Assembly (NCBI GenBank): GCA_046706365.1
Contig: JBJKPN010000083.1
Span: forward strand, 7,541-71,540
Length of the DNA stretch: 64,000 nucleotides
Source: Candidatus Kryptoniota bacterium
GTDB taxonomy: Bacteria; Bacteroidota; Ignavibacteria; Kryptoniales; JAKASW01
Direction of reading: 5' to 3'
Below, one piece after another: positions 56,840-64,000 of the stretch. The notes beneath the pieces were generated by a model, which was not told the origin of the DNA, did no database searches, and worked only from the letters and a program-made list of their open reading frames with translations. Position numbers and translations under genes: made by a program. Every line of letters begins with the position of its first letter. Position 1 is the first letter of the stretch.

Positions 56840-58537
56840 TCACAATCGCGTCTCCGTGCACTCCAACGATTTTTTTACTTTCGAGTACATTAGGTTTCCA
56901 CCTCCGAGGTAGGAGACGTTAGTGTGTCCGGAATTTGAAAAAATCCGCGCTGCTTCATACGCTCTCGGGCCCTTCTCGCAGACAAAGAGGACAGGCTCGT
57001 CTGCCGCGTAATCATCGGCCCTCGAGCGAAGCTCGGACAACGGTATGCGGACCGAGTTCTCGGCAAATGGAAACGCCGCCGTTTCAGCCGATTCCCTCAC
57101 GTCTATCATTGTTCCCCTGAACGAGGCTGCGTCGAGCGGGCTGACGCTGCGAATGCCGTCGATTTCCTGATCAATTGCCATGAATCCCAGATAATTCAGC
57201 GGCGAGACAGGCGATGAATGCGCGGGTGTGTAACAGTGCTCAATGTCGCGCAGGTCCGCTATCGTTCCACCGTGCGAAAGCAGCACGGCAAAAACATCTG
57301 CATATCGCGTTACCTCTCCATCGCCGATTAACTGGAGACCGAGCAACCTGAACCCGGGTTTTTGATAGACGAGCTTCCCGACAAGCAGCTTCTTCTCCGG
57401 GTGGTAATCCGGCCTGTCCGACCAGCAACCGACAATGCTTCCGGTTTCATAGCCAAGCCTGATCGCTTTCTTCTCAGTAAGGCCGACGGCACAGACAATG
57501 TTGTCGAACAATTTCAGCGAAACCGCCCCCGCCGCACCCTCGAAAGACGCATGCTTCCCGGCAATTGAATCGGCGGCAACTCTGCCCATTCTGTTGGAAA
57601 GAGAACCTAATGAGAAAAAGTCGGGAATGCCGGTAACCAGGTTTTCTATTTCCACGCAGTCGCCGGCCGCCCAGATGTTGCTGACGCTGGTCCTCATCTG
57701 CTCGTCAACCAGGATGCCGCCGTGCTTCCCCGTCTCTATGTTCGATTTCCGGGCCAGCTCCGAATTCGGCTTTACTCCGAGACAGTAGAATACATAGTCA
57801 CTCACCAGCCGCTCGCCGCTGTCGAGAGAGATGACCGGGGCTCCTTTTTCGTCCGTGTCGATCCTTTCAACGGACGTCGAAAGCAGGATCCGGACTTTTT
57901 GCGATTCAATAGAACTCTCGCAATAGTTTGAAATTTCCGGATCGAGGAAACCCGGGAGGATCGAACTCTCCTTCTCGACCAGGACGGTTTCAATCCCCCA
58001 TAGCGACGACAGTGCCTCGACCATCTCGCATCCCACGAACCCGCCTCCAATTATGACGGCTTTTCGGATCGCGCCTTTCTCCGCCAGCTTGCGGAACTTC
58101 TGGGCGTCTCTCGGGGTGTGAAAGGGCGAGACAGGTGCAGAAGCCGGGTAAGGAAATTGCGGCAATACCGTTTCCGCACCTGTCGCGATAATCAAAATAT
58201 CATAGGGCACGAAGATAGATTCGCTGCCGTCAAGATCCCTGCACCTTACCTGATTGCTTTGCGCAAGAATTTCTTCGACCACGGTTTTGGTAAGAACTTT
58301 GACACCTTTGACCTGACGGAAGTACTCTTCATCTCTTGGTACGCCGTACGAGGTCGCCGCTAGATCCGAGATCGTATCGATTTCTCCCGCCGCGTACTGT
58401 GGAAGGCCGCAGCTGCTGAACGATATAAACGGGCCCCTCTCGATGATTGTCACGCGGAAATCGAGAGAGAGCCTGCAGAGTCTTGCTGCTGCCCTGCATC
58501 CTGCGGCCATGCCCCCGATAATTACCACGTTAGGCAC
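56840..58537 (-). CDS. CoA-disulfide-reductase-type FAD/NAD(P)H disulfide oxidoreductase fused to a C-terminal rhodanese domain (persulfide/polysulfide reductase-like)
   Basis: 565 aa. VVIIGGMAAGCRAA, the redox Cys in SFSSCGLPQY, a second Rossmann motif VIIGGGFVGCE, and the C-terminal rhodanese active-site loop FVCEKGPRA (CxxGxR). Confidence 0.8.
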   Translation of the reverse strand: MPNVVIIGGMAAGCRAAARLCRLSLDFRVTIIERGPFISFSSCGLPQYAAGEIDTISDLAATSYGVPRDEEYFRQVKGVKVLTKTVVEEILAQSNQVRCRDLDGSESIFVPYDILIIATGAETVLPQFPYPASAPVSPFHTPRDAQKFRKLAEKGAIRKAVIIGGGFVGCEMVEALSSLWGIETVLVEKESSILPGFLDPEISNYCESSIESQKVRILLSTSVERIDTDEKGAPVISLDSGERLVSDYVFYCLGVKPNSELARKSNIETGKHGGILVDEQMRTSVSNIWAAGDCVEIENLVTGIPDFFSLGSLSNRMGRVAADSIAGKHASFEGAAGAVSLKLFDNIVCAVGLTEKKAIRLGYETGSIVGCWSDRPDYHPEKKLLVGKLVYQKPGFRLLGLQLIGDGEVTRYADVFAVLLSHGGTIADLRDIEHCYTPAHSSPVSPLNYLGFMAIDQEIDGIRSVSPLDAASFRGTMIDVRESAETAAFPFAENSVRIPLSELRSRADDYAADEPVLFVCEKGPRAYEAARIFSNSGHTNVSYLGGGNLMYSKVKKSLECTETRL

Positions 58538-58589
58538 TTCAAGCTCCTCGGTCCGGAATCTCTCGATCCCGATGGCGCATATACGACAT

Positions 58590-59747
58590 CTATGCTTCGG
58601 CTCCCTTCCTGATCGACAATACCATCTTGTAGAAAAGCGTGATGAACATGAACCCGATGGCCCAAACGCCGAGTGCTATCAGCGACTCGGGGACTGTCGG
58701 CCAGTACTGAATCACTTTACCGAAGGGGGAAGGTATAAAACCCGTAATTATCAATCCGAGACCCTTGTCAATCCAGATCGATATGAAGACGGTAGCACAG
58801 GCTATGAAGAATGTTCTGTTGTTATTCCGTGTGCGGGGAACGATAAGGAGAGCCAGCGACAAGAGGGCCAGAACAGCCGACGTCCACATCCAGGGTGCCA
58901 GCCGTGCAGATCCGTCGAAACCGAAATACAAGTACTGCAGGTGTGAAACGTCGTCCGGGATACCGCTGTAGAAGGTCGTAAAAAATTCCATGAGGATGAA
59001 AAACACATTCACGCACATCGCATAAGTGATAATCACGCCGAGTTTCCTGAACGCTGCGTCGCCCGCGTCAAAACCGGTCAGCCTCTTCATCACGACGCAA
59101 AGGATCACGAGAAGTGCGGGCCCGGCCGCAAAGGCGGATGCGAGGAACCTCGGGGCCATGATGGCGGTCAACCAGAACGGCCGTCCGGCCAATCCCGCGA
59201 GCAGGAACGCCGTCACGGTGTGGATGCTGACAGCCCAAGGAATTGACAGGATGATTATTGGCCGGATCCATTTGGGCGGGCGGATCGATTTACGTTCCGC
59301 GTCCAGCGTCACGCGTGTTATGATTACATTGAGGATCAGGTAACCGCTGAGCGCAATTACGTCCCAGAACAACAACGAATGGGGCGTAGGATAGATGAGG
59401 ATATTCAGAATTCTAAACGGCTGCCCGAGGTCGATAAACACGAAAAGCATACACATAATCACGGAAGAGATGGCGAGAAATTCACCGAGTATCGTGACCT
59501 TCGCGAAAGCCTTGTAATCGTGCAGGTAATACGGCAAAACAACCATGACGGCCGATGCCGCCACCCCAACCATGAAGGTAAACTGGGCAATATACAATCC
59601 CCAGCTGACATTCCTGCTCATGCCGGTCAGCCCCAGTCCGTAGTCCAATTGTCTGAGATAAAAATAAAAGCCAACCGCTATTACGAGGGCCAGAAAAAGG
59701 AGCCAGCTCCAGTAATTCCTGCTTCCTCTGAATGCATGTTCTATCAT
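58590..59747 (-). CDS. dsrP: DsrP, NrfD/PsrC-type integral membrane quinone-interacting subunit
   Basis: 385 aa and about 10 TM. GLGLTGMSRNVSWGLYIAQFTF is NrfD-like. Follows dsrO. Confidence 0.88.
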   Translation of the reverse strand: MIEHAFRGSRNYWSWLLFLALVIAVGFYFYLRQLDYGLGLTGMSRNVSWGLYIAQFTFMVGVAASAVMVVLPYYLHDYKAFAKVTILGEFLAISSVIMCMLFVFIDLGQPFRILNILIYPTPHSLLFWDVIALSGYLILNVIITRVTLDAERKSIRPPKWIRPIIILSIPWAVSIHTVTAFLLAGLAGRPFWLTAIMAPRFLASAFAAGPALLVILCVVMKRLTGFDAGDAAFRKLGVIITYAMCVNVFFILMEFFTTFYSGIPDDVSHLQYLYFGFDGSARLAPWMWTSAVLALLSLALLIVPRTRNNNRTFFIACATVFISIWIDKGLGLIITGFIPSPFGKVIQYWPTVPESLIALGVWAIGFMFITLFYKMVLSIRKGAEA

Positions 59748-59756
59748 TTTCGCGCC

Positions 59757-60560
59757 TTAAACGAGATAATAAATTTCCGGATTCGTGCCCAGCTCCGGCT
59801 TTCGCCTGATCGAGAAATTGTCTTTCAGAAGCTGCCTCACTTCCGAAGACGGATCGTTGAGATTGCCAAACACCATCGCTTTCTCAGGGCACACGTCGAC
59901 GCATATCGGGAGGAGTCCCTGGGCTATTCTTTCATCGCACCAGGTGCATTTCTCTACGACTCCCTTCATCCGCGTCGGGTAATCCGGGTTGATGTCTTTG
60001 ATGAACGGACGAGGGTCCCTCCAGTTGAAGCTTCTCGATCCGAACGGACAGGCGGCCATACAGTACCTGCAGCCGATGCAGCGGTGCCAGTCGATCATCA
60101 CTATGCCGTCGTCGCGCTTGAAAGTCGCCTGTGTTGGGCAGACCTCGACGCACGGCGGGTTGTCGCAGTTGTTGCAGAAAACCGGCACCTTCTTGTTCCT
60201 GAACTCGTCCTTCATGTAGTAGTTTTCCTGTTCGAGGAACGCATTCTCGTAAGGCTCTTTCCATATCCACTTTATCGCGTCTTTTGATTCTCCGAAGTCC
60301 GGTATGTTATGCGCCTTGTTGCAGGCATCGATACATTTCGTGCAGCCCTGATCCGAGACACACTTGCGCAAATCCACGACCATTGCCAGGCGCACCTTCT
60401 GTACGCTCTTCGCCCCGGCCAATCGCTTGCCTGCCCCAACGGCCTTCGACAGGATCTTCGCAGATGTGCTTCCGGCGTGAACGCTCGCGTATCTTTCCGC
60501 CGTTACACCCAGCGCGGTCAGGCCGGCCAGCTTCAGGAGCTTTCTTCGACTTATATCCAT
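59757..60560 (-). CDS. dsrO: DsrO, periplasmic Tat-exported 4x[4Fe-4S] ferredoxin subunit
   Basis: 267 aa. Twin-arginine signal MDISRRKLLKLAG. CIGCRYCMAACP and related clusters. Confidence 0.88.
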   Translation of the reverse strand: MDISRRKLLKLAGLTALGVTAERYASVHAGSTSAKILSKAVGAGKRLAGAKSVQKVRLAMVVDLRKCVSDQGCTKCIDACNKAHNIPDFGESKDAIKWIWKEPYENAFLEQENYYMKDEFRNKKVPVFCNNCDNPPCVEVCPTQATFKRDDGIVMIDWHRCIGCRYCMAACPFGSRSFNWRDPRPFIKDINPDYPTRMKGVVEKCTWCDERIAQGLLPICVDVCPEKAMVFGNLNDPSSEVRQLLKDNFSIRRKPELGTNPEIYYLV

Positions 60561-60955
60561 CAGTTACTCTTCACGTTTGGAGGTTTGTTATGACAATCCC
60601 AGCAATAAGGGTTTACGCCGACATAATTGTGACACTGATCGCAAAACTGAGACGTGTTCGGATGACAGCCCAGACATGTCTTTGTGAACCTCATCTCAAA
60701 CTCTTTTCCGTTGCTCGAAGTATAGTATGTGTCACCGTCCCTGACGACCTCCGTTCTCCACTCGTTCAGCAAAGCCATGTGATCGCGTCTCATGAACTCC
60801 AGACCGGCCACGCACTCCTTCTGGCCTTCCTTTGTCGGGAGAACGAGATCAGGTCTTTCGAGCGCTTTCCCGTTCGACATGTCATACCAGAACGGGGACG
60901 TGAACAGTCCGGCAAAGATTATCAGTCCGACAATTATTTTCCCGCTATCGTACAT
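60560..60955 (-). CDS. dsrJ: DsrJ, membrane-anchored periplasmic triheme cytochrome c
   Basis: 131 aa. N-terminal anchor and three heme motifs CLGCH, CDQCH and CWDCH. Confidence 0.9.
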   Translation of the reverse strand: MYDSGKIIVGLIIFAGLFTSPFWYDMSNGKALERPDLVLPTKEGQKECVAGLEFMRRDHMALLNEWRTEVVRDGDTYYTSSNGKEFEMRFTKTCLGCHPNTSQFCDQCHNYVGVNPYCWDCHNKPPNVKSN

Positions 60956-61050
60956 TCCTGTTTCCTTTAGTGCGTCAGTCCATTCTCGGTTGCAAATGCT
61001 TCATTTGCATGGCCGGTTCCTTGACCTCTCCGTGTTCCGGCCCGTACTCT

Positions 61051-61464
61051 TCATCGCAGCCTGAGCTTCCATTTTGATTTATCGATCACGGAAGAAAGCT
61101 CCTTCTCCAGTTCATCGGCCTGCCTTATCAAGCAGGAAGCCTGATCGGCGTTCGGCAGCTCGTTAGTCTCATTTATTAGTCTGAGCCAGTACCTGCTTTC
61201 CCTTACTTTTTTCCGGCTTATTTTTGCCCGCACGACAAAGTCCTTATTGCTGAGTGCCTCACTGGCCTCTATGTAGTTTGCGCCTGCACAGCCGGACGCG
61301 TTCACCAGCTGCTTCTCGTCTTCGACATTCGCCAGAGTCCTCGGAAGCGTTCTTGCAAACAGCCTGACGGCCTTTGAAAACTGGTAAGCCCGCTCCTCCA
61401 GACCGGCGTCGTGTCCGTCGTCCACGGAATAAGGTTTACCGCTGTCCATATTCGATTCCATCAT
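61051..61464 (-). CDS. Four-helix-bundle protein (23S rRNA intervening-sequence protein family) inserted between dsrK and dsrJ
   Basis: 137 aa. AYQFSKAVRLFARTLP ... GANYIEASEALSNKDFVVRAKISRKKVRESRYWLRLI matches the family pattern. Its ATG directly abuts the dsrK stop (TGAATGATG). Confidence 0.75.
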   Translation of the reverse strand: MMESNMDSGKPYSVDDGHDAGLEERAYQFSKAVRLFARTLPRTLANVEDEKQLVNASGCAGANYIEASEALSNKDFVVRAKISRKKVRESRYWLRLINETNELPNADQASCLIRQADELEKELSSVIDKSKWKLRLR

Positions 61465-63111
61465 TCAACGATTCTGATTCTGCGCGACCTCTTGATCCGC
61501 CTTTTCGTCATTCGCAGCGAGCGGCTCACCACGAAGGTCGGTATCTCTTTGTTTTTCGCCCTTCATGATCAGCGCATTTCCGACAAGCTCGTGGATTCCG
61601 CCGACATCGACTCCCCCGACCCAGTATTCCATCAGCGGCGGGAGCGTCGCCTTGTCGATTGCGCAAATACAACCGAGGAAGTTGACGCCGTGTTTTTCCT
61701 TCACGAACTTCACCGCATTCGCTCTCGGCAGGCCGCCTCTCATCCTCATCTCCAGGTTTTCATCGGTGCCGAGCCCGGCGCCACTTCCGCAACAGAAGGT
61801 CTGTTCCTTGATCGTATTCTCAGGCATCTCGTAAAAATGGTTGCAGGCATTTCGGATTATAAATCTCGGCTCTTCAATGAGGCCGAGAGCGCGCGCAGGG
61901 TTGCATGAGTCGTGGAAAGTGATTTTCCGGTGATCGTTGCGACTCTTATCCAGCTTAATCTTGTCGTTCTTTATGAGGTCGGCTGTAAACTCGCATATAT
62001 GGACCATTCTCGTGGCTCTTGCGTTCTCGAATTTCGTGCCTGTGACGGGAGAAACGGGTTCATCGAGAAAATCGGCTGGCCCGTTTAGCGTGTCCATGTA
62101 CTGGTGCACGACTCTCCACATATGACCGCACTCTCCGCCCAGGATCCATTTGACCCCGAGCCGCTTGGCTTCAGCGTACATCTTCGCGTTCAGGCTTTTC
62201 ATGAGGTCATGCGAGATGAACGAGCCAAAGTTGCCGCCCTCAGACGCGTAAGTGCTCCAGGTGTAGTCGAGACCGATCTCGTGAAAGAGCGCAAGGTAGC
62301 CGAGTAGCGTGTAGTAATGGGGAGTTCCGAAATAGTCGGCAGACGGCGTAATGAAAAGGATCTCCGCACCTTTCCTGTTGATCGGGGCTTCCACTTTTAC
62401 GCCTGTGATGGACTCGAGCTCATCCACCGCGAAGTCGATGCTGTCCTTGAATCCGTGGGGCTGGATGCCGAGGTGATTACCCGTCCTGAAACTGTTGGCA
62501 ACAGGCGTTACGATCCAGTCGATATTCACGCCGACAAGACTGAGCAGCTCTCTGACCAGTATCGTAATTTCTGCGGTGTCGATTCCGTATGGACAAAACA
62601 CTGAACAGCGCCTGCATTGCGTGCACTGGTAGAAGTAATAGAACCACTCCTTCAGCACGTCGAATGTCAGCTCGCGCGCTCCGGCAAACTTTCCGAGTAT
62701 CTTTCCCGCGACGGTGAAATCGTTTCTGTAGACCGATCTCAACAATTCGGCACGCATTACCGGCATGTTTTTAGGATCCCCGGAGCCTATGAAGAAATGA
62801 CACTTATCCGCGCAAGCACCGCACCTGACGCAAATATCCATGTATATCTGCAGCGACCGGAAGCGATGTAATCGATCCCGGAGCCCTTCCAGGATTATCT
62901 CCTTCCAGTTTTCCGGCAGCTTCCAGTCGGGATCCGTCGGTTGCCATTTCCGCGGGTTCGGCAGTCCAAGGTACTCGATGTTTTTCGGGTTACCGCTGTA
63001 GTTGAAGGTCCCCTCTTTGAAATCCACCGGCTGTTCCATCCAGCCGTTCGGAGGAAGGTTGTACTTGATTTTACCGGCTAATTCTTCCGGTTTTAATTTC
63101 GATCCGGACAT
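61465..63111 (-). CDS. dsrK: DsrK, cytoplasmic HdrD-like Fe-S subunit with CCG domains
   Basis: 548 aa. CVRCGACADKCH, CTQCRRCSVFCP, and CCG-type motifs FHDSCNPAR and QTFCCGSGAG. Confidence 0.9.
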   Translation of the reverse strand: MSGSKLKPEELAGKIKYNLPPNGWMEQPVDFKEGTFNYSGNPKNIEYLGLPNPRKWQPTDPDWKLPENWKEIILEGLRDRLHRFRSLQIYMDICVRCGACADKCHFFIGSGDPKNMPVMRAELLRSVYRNDFTVAGKILGKFAGARELTFDVLKEWFYYFYQCTQCRRCSVFCPYGIDTAEITILVRELLSLVGVNIDWIVTPVANSFRTGNHLGIQPHGFKDSIDFAVDELESITGVKVEAPINRKGAEILFITPSADYFGTPHYYTLLGYLALFHEIGLDYTWSTYASEGGNFGSFISHDLMKSLNAKMYAEAKRLGVKWILGGECGHMWRVVHQYMDTLNGPADFLDEPVSPVTGTKFENARATRMVHICEFTADLIKNDKIKLDKSRNDHRKITFHDSCNPARALGLIEEPRFIIRNACNHFYEMPENTIKEQTFCCGSGAGLGTDENLEMRMRGGLPRANAVKFVKEKHGVNFLGCICAIDKATLPPLMEYWVGGVDVGGIHELVGNALIMKGEKQRDTDLRGEPLAANDEKADQEVAQNQNR

Positions 63112-63113
63112 TT

Positions 63114-64000
63114 CTATTCCTTATCCAAAGGTAATCCTGCTTCTTTCATCTTCTCCCGGAATTCGTCCTCATACTCCGGATAGGTGTGAACCCGGACCGG
63201 ACGATTCCACGGGTTAACGTGTCTCTTCATGCGACTGTTGTTCGCCAGGTTCCTCGTCGGCGACAGGAATATCCCGGGCATGTGCAGCAGCTTGCTGAAC
63301 GGGAAATACGCGAGAAGCGCACACACGAGGAATAGGTGCGTGTAGAAAATTACCCCGATGCCCTGTGGGACCGCGGGATGAAAGGTGAACAGGCCGATGA
63401 TGAGCTCCTTTACGTTGACGAGGTCCACCCTGATGAAATAACGCATCAGGATTCCGGTTATCGCGATGCTGATTATGAGAAACAACGGGAAATAATCTGA
63501 CGCGAGCGAGATGTACCTGAGCTTGGGCACGACAATTCGACGGAGGATCAGGTATGTCAGGGCGGCCACTATAAGTACATCCGTGATATAAACTCCCGGG
63601 AGCCCCACCTGGAAGAACCCGTCGATGCTTTCGATCGCCGGCACAAAAGAGGGCACGGGCTGCATGAAAAGCCTGAAATGCCGCAGCACGATGATGAGCA
63701 TGGACCAGTGGAAAACTATCGCTCCGAGCCAAAGGTACTTGCTGCTTCCGTAAACAAGCCTGGGCCCGTCCTTCATTTCCATCTTCGTGTTGCGGAACAG
63801 CGAACGGAAAAACAACACCTCGAGGGCCATCCTCCCGATAACACCCCACGTTCCGCTTGGACTCTCCAGCTTGCTGCTCTTTATCCAGGAAAGAGATTTT
63901 TGCTGTCCCGCTACCGTCGGGATGTGAAACGGCACAGGCGACTTTGACCATTTAACGACGCGGTAAATGATACCGACAAGGAAGATTGTCATTGCCGAGT
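63114..64000 (-). CDS. dsrM: DsrM, NarI-like diheme-b membrane subunit; 5' end probably beyond the window
   Basis: 292 aa counted from the Met at 63992, but the frame stays open to base 64000 and the first TM helix looks truncated. It has multi-TM NarI-like topology with conserved His and ends ...YPEYEDEFREKMKEAGLP. Lies 2 nt before dsrK. Confidence 0.82.
   Translation of the reverse strand, partial: SAMTIFLVGIIYRVVKWSKSPVPFHIPTVAGQQKSLSWIKSSKLESPSGTWGVIGRMALEVLFFRSLFRNTKMEMKDGPRLVYGSSKYLWLGAIVFHWSMLIIVLRHFRLFMQPVPSFVPAIESIDGFFQVGLPGVYITDVLIVAALTYLILRRIVVPKLRYISLASDYFPLFLIISIAITGILMRYFIRVDLVNVKELIIGLFTFHPAVPQGIGVIFYTHLFLVCALLAYFPFSKLLHMPGIFLSPTRNLANNSRMKRHVNPWNRPVRVHTYPEYEDEFREKMKEAGLPLDKE

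Noticed and set aside
1-64000. CRISPR arrays, rRNA or tRNA genes, transposases, integrases, prophage or defence-system genes
   Set aside because: I looked for short direct-repeat and spacer periodicity, for conserved RNA motifs and for nuclease, helicase or recombinase motifs in every ORF. None were found, and every large ORF is accounted for by metabolic, transport or envelope functions.
46022-64000. Calling the organism a sulfate reducer (or a sulfur oxidiser) from this locus
   Set aside because: sat, aprBA, qmoABC and dsrMKJOP are shared by both lifestyles. The discriminating genes (dsrD versus dsrEFH/dsrL, and the dsrAB type) are not in the window.

Overview
This is a gene-dense bacterial chromosomal window (about 50 genes). 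I recognised no rRNA, tRNA, CRISPR array, transposase or integrase. Two secreted proteins end in the NYPNPFNP...VYFYR type C-terminal sorting domain. That points to an FCB-superphylum organism (Ignavibacteria/Zixibacteria-like), which is an inference.

Gene content, left to right:
- assimilatory cysDN
- an L-rhamnose catabolic cluster (rhaA, rhaB, rhaEW-type fusion) with a divergent AraC regulator and an extra class I aldolase
- an orphan outer-membrane barrel plus a small Cys-rich secreted protein
- a TetR-controlled MacAB/Lol-like ABC efflux operon
- blc, mscL and a DUF3078-like barrel
- a secreted arylsulfotransferase-family protein
- a 2127-aa BNR/LamG surface protein
- an APC permease

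The right-hand 32 kb is a sulfur block in two parts.
1. A 12-kb plus-strand cluster joins siroheme synthesis (sirC, cobA/hemD) to four tandem diverged TSUP (TauE/SafE) membrane-protein paralogues. These are followed by a small membrane protein, a HAMP sensor with periplasmic heme-c motifs but degenerate kinase motifs, a lone receiver, and a PpsA-like ATP-grasp/swivel-His enzyme with an unknown C-terminal domain.
2. An 18-kb minus-strand supercluster reads dsrM-K-(four-helix-bundle gene)-J-O-P, CoADR-rhodanese, cytidylate-kinase-like/BON, qmoA-qmoB, sat, aprB-aprA, Zn-ribbon protein, YkgJ-type Cys-cluster protein, qmoC, OprO/P-type porin.

The most interesting candidates for undescribed biology are the TSUP array with its sensor/PpsA-like partners, the split qmo arrangement, and the unassigned genes embedded in the supercluster. 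Whether the pathway runs reductively or oxidatively cannot be decided from this window.
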